Positions 28,401 to 41,670 of a stretch of 64,000 bases of DNA are shown here, one piece after another. The position numbers were made by a program, and so were the translations under genes. The stretch is from contig CM041465.1 in the NCBI GenBank assembly GCA_023213395.1, positions 165,795,741-165,859,740 of the forward strand, written 5' to 3'. The notes beneath the pieces are model-generated. The model ran no database searches. It worked only from the letters and a program-made list of their open reading frames with translations, and was not told the DNA's origin. Origin of the DNA: Cycas panzhihuaensis. Lineage: Eukaryota; Plantae; Cycadophyta. Within the stretch, counting starts at the first letter, position 1, and every line of letters starts with the position of its first letter.

Positions 28401-31400
28401 GTCGTATAGCTATCTTACAACTCTAACCTTTTAGAGTATTTTAGTACTATATAAGAAGATCAAAACAAATGATGTGAATCTACCTAGTAATGTTTAGACC
28501 AATAGAAGGTTATAAGGGAATAGCTCAAATTGCATCAAAAGTATAAGAGAAGAGTACAAGGAAGCTTAAAAAATACCAAAAGATAAGATGTACACAAGTA
28601 CAATCTCACAAGACAAGATTATGATATAAGAGATATCTTTATAAATGCTTAGCCTTAAGTAAACAAAAGTAGCTACTTTTCCTAACATCCTATTAGTGAA
28701 CCATGTGGCCTTTAATCTCATTGGTGGAGATATACAACCCACATACACAAATTAATAATTGGTATCAACCTTCTCCACCTTAACAATGTGGTTGGATGCT
28801 TAAATGCTACTAACCTTGAGAGGTTACTTAACAGGTCCCCCCACCATTGCCTCCTAAGATGTTGAGTCCTTAAAGCACTAAATATGTGGATGCTACTTGA
28901 TGAAGTTTGTTGATTCCTATGTTGCTTCATCAAGTTCACAATTAGCCCACTACACCAGATGCTCAGAAAAGGTTCTACTTCAAAGGTGACATTGATGGGT
29001 GCTTAAAATATACATAGGAGGAACTATGAGGATTTCTTCTTCTTGAAGGGTAGGGAGGGTTATTTGGGGTGTGATGGACTTTACCAGGTGTTTTTTTAGG
29101 TAGGATATATAAAAAATGTTATGGATCTTGGTATTAAGGGGATAGTCAAGGGTATAGGCTATTATGCCAATTCATTTGGTCACTTTATAGGGCTATAGTA
29201 GTAAAGACTGAGCTTGTGGGATTTATTATTACAAAGGGATTATTGTTTGTAAGGTTATATGTAAAGGTAAACCAAATCACCCACTTTAAAAGAATGATTA
29301 GACTAGTGGTGATTAACTAACTACTTCATATAATTTTGTATAGATGCCAAGTTTTACTTAAGGATATGAAGGATTTAATTCATATCTTGTAGTTTTTGTT
29401 GCACCCCAGCAGTAAAAAGATTGGTGGCCAAGGTATGATGGGATGGTGGGGGGTAATCATCAAGGACCATAAATGGGATTATTCTAATAGTAGACTGATG
29501 AGAGGAATTGTACCAATATTCTGCTAAGGCTAGTTAAGAAGTCTAATATCTTTGATGTTTTGAGGTAAAGTGACATAAGTAAATTTCTAAGGTTTTATTA
29601 AGAACTTTAGATTGACCATCCATTTAAGGGTGATAGAATGAGTTCATATTGACATAAGTTCTCGATGCTTAAAAGAGCTATTACCAAGATGTGGTTATAA
29701 ATTTAGGGTCTTTATCTGATATAATTATAGATGGAAAACCATGAAGGTGAAAGATGAATTAGATGTAGAGATTAACCTAAATGGGGTGCTTTATAGCTAG
29801 TATCGATATGTGCAAAATAAGATACTGGTACCATTTGCCTATTACAAGATTTCCACTTGAATGGATAGGCAAGTGGTACTAGTATCTACTTAAGTAGCCA
29901 TGGTGAGTTAAGAAAGCCATTTTGTACTTGTCTTTAGATGCTACTAGTTTGATAGTATCTAAATTATATGTCTAATTTAGAAAAAGTTATGGCCCCATGG
30001 ATCTCATCTAATATATCATCAATTCGAGGGGTGGGGAACTTATTATTAATGGTGAGTTTGTTAAGTTATTTATAATTAACAAAAAGCCAAAAGAACTATT
30101 TTTTTATGAACTAGCACAATAGGGGTTGTATAAGGGTTTTTATGAGGCTATATCATCCATATATCTATGCGTTTGTTGGTAATATACTCAATCTCTTTTT
30201 TTTCTAAGTAAGAATTTTGGTATAGATGTAGGCTAATGGAGTTATAAGGGTTTTTTAGTTTTATGGTGTGGTAAAATCCATGATCTAGGGGAAGGCTATT
30301 AGGTAAAAGGGTAAAGACAGATTGGTATTTAGTTAGAATGGTTGGGATATTTGGGTGGGCTTTAAAATATGGTTAAATATTATTAAGATGAACAATATAT
30401 CTGACACTATCATTGAGTTACTTACTCATTTGCTTAGGGCAAATAAGTTTGTTTGGTGGTGATTAAAGATCATAAAGTTTATGAGTTTGGTCATCCTTAT
30501 CTTTCAACATTAAAAATGGATTGTTTAGAAAATTATTACTACTATAAATACCTAATGTTTTGAGCTATTAGACTCTTAGGATGGCATATGATCCCCTAAT
30601 GGATAAAGCATAAAGATTTAACCTTAGTTGATATGTGTTGATTTGGACTTGGAGGTTTTGAATAACTCCTACACAATGAAGGGTGTAGTGTCTTAGTGAA
30701 GAGTAATTAAAACATTTTTTTGGCTTGATGTGAAGGTTTAGTTATCTAGCTACTACAATATCTATGAAGTTTAATGATGTGCCACCATTGATAAAAATTA
30801 TAATGGGAGTCTTTCTGGGGGTCCCTCTTACTCACAACGGGTCAAGGTAGGTAAAAGAGGAAATAGTGGATAAGGATGCTTTAAGATCAAGTTCAAATGA
30901 TGGAGAGGTTTCCAATAGTGGTTTATCTTTTGGTTCATCTTTAGAATTAGAATTGATGTTAATGGTGAATATTATTCTTTTAGCTTTACATAATTTACTA
31001 TACCCAGATAACCATTTTTGTATGTACCGTGAGCATAGCTTGGCTTCCCTACACTTATGTACCTCATATATGGGTATTTGTACTGGTGTCGATGATTGTT
31101 TTGCTATTGGTCATTTTACGGGATGTCATTAAGGGTCCTTTGCTCAAAATCTCAGGGGCTTATATGGATCTACTAGCCTCGAGTGGCTAAACCATATTGT
31201 GTCTCTTCTAAAACTTGATGTTTGTTCCACTACAAACTCAACATAAATTACCTTCACTATGTTGATGGAATTTCTAAGGTTAAGAGGTTGATTGATCTTC
31301 AGTCTCATTTGAATTCTTTCTTTGATATTAGTTATATATATTTCAATCAGTGTCTACTTATCAAAATTTTGGGTAACTCTATTATGAATAGTTTAGAACT

Positions 31401-33302
31401 CACGTGCATAAGCTTTTACTAAAGTTAATTATTTTAACCAAGTAAGTTGGCTAAAAAAGGACTAATTCCATGTTTTTTTATAGTACTCGAAAAAGCATTT
31501 ACAAAATTGATCTCATGTTTGATTTGTTAGATATTCCCAAGTTTACAATTTATACTAGTAATACGTTTTTCCTTCCAAGCGGGTAGAGGTAAATGTCAAT
31601 TGATCATCTTGGGATATCCGATTGAGTACTAAGTATGAATCTAGTTTACTAATCCAACTATGAGTTGTATCCTTATTGAGATTTGGATCAAAGATTAGTA
31701 TATTGATCGAATGATTAAATATTTACTAATATAGAGACTAGGGAGGTGGGGTTCCACATTGTGAAGTTGCACCTTGTGAGGTATCTGTGGTGTTGGAGTC
31801 AGATGTTGAAATAAAATTGGAGAGTTGGGCATGCATGGTTGTAACCCTTTTTATTAATTTACAAGGTCCATTGAGAGCTTGGGTGCATCATGTTTATGTA
31901 TGTCCTACATAGTAAGGAACTGTGTTTCCAAAGATGAGAGGTGCTTAGATTGGCTTGGTGGTGCCATCATTTATAAAAGGGTCTTGAAGAAGTGGGATAT
32001 AGTAATAAGAAAGGGATGCAAGAAATGGGAGAAATAAGATAAAATATATTTTGATTGAATGGAAAAGATAAATAGAATGGGCATTACATAAATGGGAATA
32101 TATGAAAGTAGAAAGAAAGGAAAAAAATGGGTGGGGTATGAGGTGCTTATAGATTGGTGATCCTAAAATTTAAGTAAGAAAATTACCTAGTGTACTTGTA
32201 CAAGTATGACGAGCTCGTCAAGATGATATAAGTGAGTGGCAAATAGAAAACTTAGGCTTATGGAGTCCACAGGGTGCTTATAGGCCCTTTTTTTTCAAAA
32301 ATGATAGTTAAAAATGACCTAGTGGAGACTGATCAACATGGTACACTGATCGAAATAAGATGTATAATTTTTTATTGTCATTTTAGGGTTATGAACTTAT
32401 CCTTTTTGTGTGTTGAGTCTAATGGTGTAAGTCTTATCTAAATTCAAGAAGTATTGGCAAAGTTATGACGTTTTTTTTTTGGATTTAAGTACATTCACTG
32501 AGTGATTGAGGGTTTAAAGGACTAAACTCAACTGGATTGAATATTAACTCTGGTTTGGACTAGACTCAAGTGAAGTGAATATTGACTTTGATGTGTACTA
32601 AATAGGACGCATACAATGCTAAAGGTTTGGATAACATCTCCAATGCTATATTTCTAGATGTTGATTGTACTAAAAGATATTGGGAGCTAAACTGTATAAT
32701 TTTTTTAGAAAAGAGTGCTCCAGTTTTATAGTCTTGTTACTCCTTTTCCTTTTTATATAATCACCTTATTAAATATAGTGGCATTTGTATAGAGTGCTTT
32801 TACTATTTTACTATTTTAAATTTAGTAATAGGTTACAATCATTTCTCTAGCTTACAACTGGGAATTTATAGTAGTTCTCTAGGAGTATTAATAGAAGTAC
32901 AACAATATTAGAATCTTTGTATGGAATGATTATGTAATAATTGCTATATAGGTGATAGGAGGACCTAGTAGACATTGACAAAGGAGTATTTGGCTCTATA
33001 GGCCTTACGATAAACTTCTATATCATTACTATAACTCAGCCCAGTATCTTAGGGCACTACATATGGAGGAATATCTATATTTGTAGGGTCTACAGCCATG
33101 CAGAGGTGTTTAAGTAGAGTAACTTCTAGGTGATGATCGATAACCTATGCACCACATAGGGACAAATGACCAATAGTCTTCCTATCCTAAGCTAGTATTG
33201 GAATTTATAAGGGTCCTCTTATATACCCAAAGGTACATGGAGGCTTAATTCTATAGTTGGGTTTTATCTGAGGCATGGATATTGGCACAACCTACACCAT
33301 AT

Positions 33303-36300
33303 TGTTGGATGTGGTATTGGAGTGATACCACATCTTGAAAGAAGAAATGTGGGATACAAAGATGGATTATGAGAATTAACTTTAATTTATTATATTACAA
33401 TACAAAATATGCATGCATTTATAAAATACTCATGTATGTGTGAGATCTCTTAAGATCAATAAAGGTGTACTCTTGGTAGCTTGGCACACAAACTAAGATA
33501 CCACTTACACACACATTAAGATGAGTATAATATAATAATCAAAGGAATCTTGAGGGTTACAAGAGCATAAAGGAATGAATTAAATATTACTCTAAATATT
33601 ATACCTAATATTTATCCCCCTTAATGTTTAATTCATGATATTTATATCTATTATTCTTGTTGGTGTAGTTGCTCTAAGCTGCATAAAATCTTCATCAAAT
33701 TATTGATGTTCATATTAATATGACTCCAACTACTGGATCACATGGATAGCAGTCACTGTGACCACTAGTTTTATAGGTAGTCACTTTGGTTACACAGTTC
33801 AATCAACTCCTTCATTAGTATTGCTCCAGAAACACACCATCCTACGTGGCTTATCAAGTGTGCTAAAAACATGTAAGAGTAACTAGAAAAAGTGTATCAT
33901 ACTTCTTACTAAATGAGATTATAAGACAACTTTTTGTGGTATCTAATGGCAGAAAATATAATAATGGGCCCTATAGCCTCAAATTTACCACTATGGGGTC
34001 TAAATCATGTCTCAATGGACTTCAATCATACTACTATGGGCTCCATCGTGCAATTATGGGCTTATGATGACCTATATGGGCTTTAACATGCCTCAGTGGG
34101 CTTACAAATCAAGGCCCTAACAAATAAGAGGTCTTAGTAGTTAAACAAGGCTATAAGTATGGGGATTTTATTAATCTCTCAAAGGCTGTAAGGTCAATAA
34201 TTTTTAATGCAACATAAATAATATATAGCAAATTTTTAAAAAGGACATATACATGTACATCATGCTCATGTAACTTACGTGAATCTCAAATAAAAAAGTG
34301 ATTAAAGTAAGATATTTATCTCTTGTAGTTATCATCACACATTGTTGTTGAAGAAAGGACCCCCCTACCCCCATTGATGCCAAACTCTTCAAATTTGTCA
34401 CACATTTTTTGTCTTTAATACTTAGCTAATATGTGCAATGCCTTGTTTAATTTCTTATATGCCAAATTAATAATAATATTATGAATGGTCATCTCGTAAG
34501 ATACAAAAAATCACTAAACTTAGCCATTTTAGACCTAATTTTTAAATGAACTTGTGTAACATAATATCAAACTTCAGTCATCGTACAAAATGCTAGTGTG
34601 AAATGCTTAAACATGGCCTTCAAAGCCTTACATAGTATCAAATGTTATATTTGTTGAGTATATAAAATACTGAGTTAACTTTAAACTATATTTTCATTTA
34701 CAAAACAAATTCAAATGGTGTTGAATAAATGGTCATTTCGAAGAGAGATGAAATACGATTTCAACGTAACTAACAAAATCAAAATCAAAATCAAAATCTA
34801 TATGAAAAGGATATCATAAACAATACAAATAAATACTTAAAAATTAAAAAAACTTTTCAAATGACATTTTATCCCTTTAACATTTAAACTCTTGATCAAA
34901 TTGTCACTCCATGTAACCTTCCGCTAATAGGTGAGGGAGCTGAAAACTCTAACCAAAATTTAAATATAATTAAATTTTTCAAAGTACTTTAATTTTTTTT
35001 TTTTTTTTGTTAAATATGCGATGAATTTTATTGTGTTAACAAAAATTACTTAATCTTTTAAAATCCCAAATAATAAACATCAAACCTAGGTATTTGACAT
35101 TTGTGATGATCCGAATGGCGACGGTATATTTGCAGCAGCAACGATTCTTCCAGTTGGTGATGGTGTTGTGAGGGTGATCTCCACGCGGGTTGGCGATGGC
35201 GGTAGCATCCTCTTTTTCAGAGCAGCTACTCTTCTTTGGCCGTAACCACTTTGATCAGATCCAATGGGGGTCCCGAACCGCCACTAATTTATCCTCCGTC
35301 TGGAAAACCACGGAGTAAGCCCCCTCCAATTTCTTATAAGCGTTCACAATTCTCTAGAGAATGGGCCGTGAAAAAAAAAAACAATAGATAGCTGGGATTT
35401 GACAGTTGAAATAGGAATCAATTGCAATCCTGAAGCACAGTTTGCTTTTGATGGAGAAACTTCTGATGTCCCTGAATCCAAGTCTGATGTTTTAGACAAT
35501 AAGCAAATGCATCCTCATTGACGTCCTTGAACACATATGGGATTAATTACCCTTATTACTTGAGAAATCTCAATGGGGTTTCAAACCATAGTTAATGAAA
35601 TGCCATCTATTGCACAAATTGAAGCAATCAAAAAGTTTTTCAAACAAAATGTTTACAGAGTGAATACACATGGAAACAATTCAGGCAACAAGATCAAGTG
35701 ACCCACAGCTACCACTTCTAATATATCCTACTGTACCTCCACTTGCACCTCGAGTAAGTTATAAGGTTCTGCCACCTCCTAGCATGCCTGGGTCAGAAAT
35801 CCTAACTCCAATATTGGCGTCACAGTAGCAATATTATGGGGATTCTCATATTGAATCTTACATTCAACCACAACAGCATGGGCCTCTTGTTTTTGCTTTG
35901 TAGCAGCAAATTAATAGAATGCAGATGACATGGCAACCTATTGAGGAGGAGAGGCAGAGGAGAACGAGATAAATACTCACAACTATGGAATAGAAAATAA
36001 CAAAGTATATTGGCTAAAAGTAGGACATATATTGATATATGACAACCTTTTAAAGAGAAAAATAATCCATATTTTAGCAGCAAAGACTCCCAGTAATAAG
36101 CTTGAAAATGTGTTAAAAAAATATAACATATTTTTTTTATTTAAGAAAACAAAATCTAGCTCATATTTGAGTAGTTGGGTGACTAATCCCATAGCTCAAT
36201 ATCACATCAATGGGTTTTTATTTTCCATGATCTACTTGCAGCTTCGAATCTGTAAAGTTTTCACTGCCATTTTCTAACATTGAAAAGTTTTTACTGCTAC

Positions 36301-36891
36301 ATACATCCTCCAATCTGCAGTTCTCACATGCTATTTCCAACATTCAACATGATAAAAAATAGAACTTGTTGCCATATGCAAATCTTCCACATTACAATGA
36401 AAAAAACTACTAAAAAAAATGAACTAAGACATAAGATCTTGACAAAGAAACTAGCTATAAGACTTCTTACTCAAACAATGGATTCTATGATCGAATGAGT
36501 GGTCTCTCAAGGGATCAAAACCCATTCCAACTGTGATACCAAGTGTTGGATGTGATATTGGAGTGATACCACATCTTGAGAGAAAAAATATGTGACATAA
36601 AGATGGACTATGAATACTCATGTATGTGTGAGATTTTTTAAGATGGACTGTGAATACTCATGTATGTGACATAAAGATGGACTGTGAATACTCATGTATG
36701 TGTGAGATTTTTTAAGATCAACAAAGATGTGTTCTTAGTAGTTTGGCACACAAAACAAGATACCACTTGCATACATATTAAAATGAGTATAATATAATAG
36801 TTAAAGGAATCTTGAGGGTTATAAAAGCATAAATGGGAAATCTACGTAATAACTAATGAATGAAATATTAGACCAAACATTATACCCAACA
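33303..36891 (-). mobile_element. Non-autonomous LTR element C (no gag/pol) with captured gene fragments
   Basis: LTRs at 33303-33610 and 36544-36891, Met-PBS (tggtatcacag) at 36531-36541, PPT at ~33611-33623. TSD catat/tatat with one C>T mismatch. No retroelement domains inside. Confidence 0.88.
35264..35368 (-). pseudogene. Captured fragment of amidophosphoribosyltransferase (PurF/ASE family)
   Basis: Translates as 'RPIL*RIVNAYKKLEGAYSVVFQTEDKLVAVRDPH', matching the plant ATase motif 'GAYS.VF.TEDKLVAVRDP.G'. Confidence 0.85.
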
Positions 36892-37569
36892 TATATTTCA
36901 CATAGAAACATATACCTAACTGTAGTTAGTTAGAAATGGTAGATCCTCGTGATTTTTATTGAGCCCTGACAGAGGGTCTTTACTTAGACTCTAAGGGAAA
37001 GGAGGGTGGGCTTCATGATTTGGACTATATTGTCTGCTTATAACTAACTCACACAGAGTAGCAAAATTAAACAAAACCTTAAAATAAAAATGTTTGTAAG
37101 TAAAGATTTTTAAAATCACTAAGGGGAAAAAAACATTCATTCTCTGCAACTTTCAAATGCTCTTGTTGAATCTTTATACCTCACTCTAATATCACTTGAT
37201 ATCCACCCAATACTTTTCATACCAATGGAAGTTTATGAGGGAAAAGATAGCACAATAGATCTTTATTATACTTAAATAGCTCAAATTACATCAAAAGTAT
37301 AAGAGAAGAGTACAAAGAAGCTTAAAGAAAATGAAAAGATAAGATATATATAAGTGCAATCTCATAAGATAAGATTATAACATGAGAGATCTCTTTATAA
37401 ATGTTTGGCCTTAAGTAGACAAAAGTGGCCACTTTTCTTAGTATCCTATTAATGAACCATGTGATATTAACATTAACCATGGCAAATCCTATTAACATTA
37501 ATATTCTCTACCTTAACCATGTGGTTGGATTCTTATGTGTCGCTAACCTTGGGAGGTTAATAATAAAGT

Positions 37570-39050
37570 ACTTAGATAAGAAGAAATGTTATGTATTCTC
37601 AACATGGTCAGAGAATGAAGAGGATTCCCAATCATCAACACCTAGTCTTGTACAAAGTGCCACTAATGTAGTCAATGATAAATATAAGACTCCAGTCAAT
37701 GTAGTTGCACCACTCTTTTAAAAGTTGGACTAAATTGGGGACAATAAAAATATTAATCACAAATATTTGGATAATGTTTTTAACGCTTACATTTAGATGA
37801 ATGAATACTTATAACATCCAAAAGAAGTTATTTTTAATATTAAGTAGGACTTCAATCCTATGAAACACATGCTTAATCTTATAGTATATAACCAAGTTGA
37901 TTTTGATGACCAAGAATTTTTATTTTACTCCACAAAATAATTAATGATAGAGGATCAACCAATTATGGTCATCAACCAAGGTTAATGGCAATCAAGGATG
38001 GAGCTTGGAGTAGACATATAATGACATGTTAATAATGCATCTTGCCTTGTTAACAGTTGTCTAAGATACCTTAGCCTTTGGTATTATACTATAGTTCACT
38101 CAATTTACTATAACTGATTTGATTCATATTTTAGAGGCATCCTCAAAAGAACTTATAAACTAAGCCTTTAATTGAGATAGATACATGCTGGAGCTACATT
38201 AATAACTACATGAAGTAAAATCTCATTTAACTTAGAATACATCTTTTAACTTAAGGTTTCTTACTTCTTCTTTGCAACAAGTCAAATAAATGAAGAAAAG
38301 TTTACAATAAGTAAAAAATAAATTTGTAGATTTTATTGATGGTATTTTAGGCACAGTACAAATTTCATGTTTTGACATCATGACAAAGTTATGAGAATAA
38401 GTAGAGCAAAGAATGATACCAACTTAATTGTTATATATTGATGTGTAACAACTAACTTCTTAACTTCTTATTGATTAGAATGAGTTAATCCCCCATTTAG
38501 TTCAACTACAATCTCATGCTAAAATATTCTACGATTACCCAATATAAGTCACACACGATAAGATGGAACTTAAACAAACTACTAGTGATAAATTGAGGAC
38601 CTTGTAACTGGCTCATAATGGTAGAGATAAAGTAGTACTTAAGGATCTGCCCTTGAAGAGTTTTTAATCTAGAAGGTAGACATCTGACCTTGAATCATAG
38701 AGTTGTAAAGTCAATTAGAGGATTTCCTCAAAATAACTTATTCATTGAACGATGATCTATAATTTCATTTGAACCTAAGCATATGTCCATTAAAAGGGTA
38801 GTCAGAAGAATAACTTCAAGTTTCTATTAATATTCTTTCACAATATTTACAACAAATTGACCGAATGGCTAAAGATGCTCCTACTTAGATATAATCATCC
38901 TTATAAGTTCTTGTTAATGAGGAGATGTTAGACTCCACACCAATTCCTACTTTTTCCATTCTTTATTCGTAAATAGTTATACACACTTCTGTTTTATTTA
39001 TCCATGTACTTAACCATTTTATTTATCCATGTACTTAACTCTAAAAGAGA
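37570..39050 (+). pseudogene. Possible heavily degraded gag, continuing the element whose LTR is 25928-28400
   Basis: Weak gag-like words ('FIDG' at ~38332; an 'APT*I..L.VL'-like segment at ~38877) and a position directly after the nested chromovirus. Confidence 0.35.
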
Positions 39051-40500
39051 TGTTAGTGAATTTTAAAAATTTATACAGTGCTCTATGATGCCCTTCGAGG
39101 GGGCAACCTCCCAATTACATGCAAATAACAATGATATTTTAGATACCCTACTCTAAGGATTATATAAATATATATATGGCTCTATGCTTACTACTCAACC
39201 TCTTCCTTATGCATGTGGGATATTACATAAATATATATAGTACTCAATGACCACTACACAACCTTCTACTTATGCATGTGGGATATTAAGAAAAGGGAAG
39301 AAGTAGAAGAAATAAAGATATAAGAGAGAGAAGAAGTACAAGATATAAGAGAATATAAGAGAAGGTAAGTTAGGGGTTGGATCCCTAACAAGGTCCCCTC
39401 CTTAAAAAAGCTTTACCCTCAAAGCTTGGTGATCTTAGGGTGCTCTAGGACAAATTGTTCATTCTCCCGGGTTGCATCTTTTCGCGGAAGTTGTTTCTAT
39501 TTGATGAGATAGTCAATGATTTGTCTGGATCGTAGATGTTGAATTCTTTGGTCAATGATACATTCTAGAATGAGTTGAAGTTTCCCCTCCTCATTTAATA
39601 TAGGTAATTCTGTTTGAACTTGTACTTGTTACCCAATTACCTTCTTGAGACATGAAACATGAAAGACATTATGGATCCTTGATAGTGGTGGTAAGTCTAA
39701 GGCATATGCAACTTCACCAATCTTCTTGAGAATTTTGTAAGGCCCATAAAATCGAGGTTGTAACTTATGTTGCCTATTTCGTTTGAGAGATTGCTGCTTA
39801 TACGGTTGCAACCATAAGTATACCCAATTACCTAGTTGAAACACTCATTCACTTCGCCCTTTATCTGCCTGTTGTTTCATCCAATTTTGTGCAAGGTTCA
39901 AATTTTCCTTAAGTAGCTTAAGAATCTATGTTGTTTGTTGGATGTGGTCTTCAATTGCTTGAACCTTAGAACTGATTATGGCATAGTTTTTAAGTGTGGG
40001 TGGTTCATAGCCATATAATGCTTGGAATGGAGTCATTCCTACTGATGCATGATAGGTTGTATTATACCACCATTCTGCTAAAGGAAGCTAATGATACCAC
40101 TGCCCCTGCTTATCTGAAGCATAACACCGAAGGTATCCTTCAAGGCACTTATTAACCACCTCAATTTATCCATCTGTTTGTGGATGGTAGGCTGAGCTCA
40201 TTGTCAATTTAGTACCAAGTAGATGGAAGAGTTCTATCCAGAAGTTGATGGTAAACTTGGGATCCCGATCACTGACTATGCATTTGGGCATGCCATGCAA
40301 CATGTGTATATCCTTTAAAAAGACCTCAGCAATTTGCTTTGCCTTATATGTGGCCTGAATGCCACAAAAATGAGCATATTTAGTTAGCCTATCAACAACC
40401 ACCAGTATAGCATCTTTTCCTTCTGACTTGGGCAGACCCATGATGAAGTCCATAGAAATTTCTTCCCATCGTTGATTTGGTATGGGAAGGGGTTGCAGAC
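39051..40500 (-). mobile_element. 3' end of a younger chromovirus: integrase, GPY/F, chromodomain, PPT and 3' LTR
   Basis: 'LQPLPIP..WEEISMDFIMGLP', 'SDRDPKF', 'SSAYHPQTDG', 'KLQPRFYGPY', 'IHNVFHVSCLKK'; chromodomain 'IIDQR...DYLIK*KQLPRKDATRE'. PPT at 39391-39403 and LTR at 39051-39390. Confidence 0.93.
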
Positions 40501-41139
40501 CATTAGGGTTTGATATGCTTGTCAAATTACTAATCCTAACATGGTATCAGAGCCCAAAGTTCAACCCTTGGAGGCCTTTCTTGCAAATCCTAGTACATGT
40601 CATTCATGTTTTTGAGCTTTTAAGCCTTGTAAATTTTTTGATGTGCCTGTTTCGTGACTTCGTCAAGTTGAAGATCATTTCAAGTTATATCTGATGCATA
40701 TTTTGTTATGGGACTGATATCAAGTTTGAAGGGCTATTTTGATGATGAGGAGAGGCTGTTTTCAAGCCTGTTTTGAAGTTTTGTAATTATTTGAAGCCTA
40801 TTGATGCTGCTCAAGTGGACATCTTCTCCACATGTGGCGCCACAATAATATTGCATGCAGGTGAAAGTCCACGAAAGCTTATGTTCAAATTCTAATTACT
40901 GGAAGACCATCTCCGTTGCACGTCAGTGGATAATAATGCAACCTAGATCATTAATAGTAGTTGAGAGAGTCCTCCTTGGCCAGGAGTGACTCTATTTCAA
41001 TTTTTTTTGTAGATCTATAGGTGGATAAAGGTCATTTTTTTCTATTGATATATACTCATCTTATGTGAAAAATATTCAGGATTTTTTTTTGTATCTAAGG
41101 CCTTCAAAATTTGGCCTGTTCTCATGTATTTTTTCACCC

Positions 41140-41171
<32 letters not shown>

Positions 41172-41241
41172 TTTCTCCTTCCATGGTGCTATGTTAAGAT
41201 GATATAGAAGCTTCAGTCTGATTGAATTATTGGAATTCCAC

Positions 41242-41531
41242 TGTGGGGCAGAGCTTCAGAACAGATTTGGTGTTTTTGCCCACTCCGACTGGATTAGGAA
41301 GCCTTTTTGATGTAAGGTCTTCAATAAAAAAGGTGGTTTTGTGCATTGGTTGGCACCAACTCCTGAGCTATGGACTTTAGTTCTGAGCCACAGGACTCAG
41401 ATCCTGTACATAGCAGACATCAGCTTTGTCGTCTCCTTGTGTTTGGTGCTGGAATCTGGTACTAGAAGTGGCTCTCTCACCACTGCATTGACACGGGCTG
41501 TTGCACCCACAGGTCATGTTTATACATTTGA
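41242..41531 (+). pseudogene. TRM61: Captured fragment of tRNA (adenine58-N1)-methyltransferase catalytic subunit
   Basis: '[91 protein letters not shown]'. One stop and a short in-frame deletion before the ESGTGSGS motif. Confidence 0.95.
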
Positions 41532-41670
41532 GCCCTTAGATGATTGTTCTGTTAAAAACAAAAGTAGCCTCATTGAACCATTGAGATCAACATGGGAGGC
41601 TCATCATGATGGCCTCTCGAATCTGCGACACCTGGCTCTGGATCTTACTATTGGTTCATGCGATAAGGGT

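Larger units (their letters stand above)
28470..37565 (-). mobile_element. Degraded chromovirus-type Ty3/gypsy element with an internal RT-RH deletion, hosting a nested element
   Basis: Direct repeats 28470-28833 and 37197-37565 are the LTRs. PPT at 28834-28846 and decayed PBS at 37184-37194. Gag at ~31100-31900, protease 'IFINGGTSLNFI' at ~30765-30800, RT start at 29890-30330, integrase 'SFYHP*MDG' at ~29617-29648, chromodomain-like 'ATWES' at ~28912-28926. Confidence 0.85.

Noticed and set aside
38992-39290. Short tandem duplications (~26 bp at 38992-39039; a repeated block inside the 39051-39390 LTR) and TA microsatellites
   Set aside because: Ordinary slippage products.
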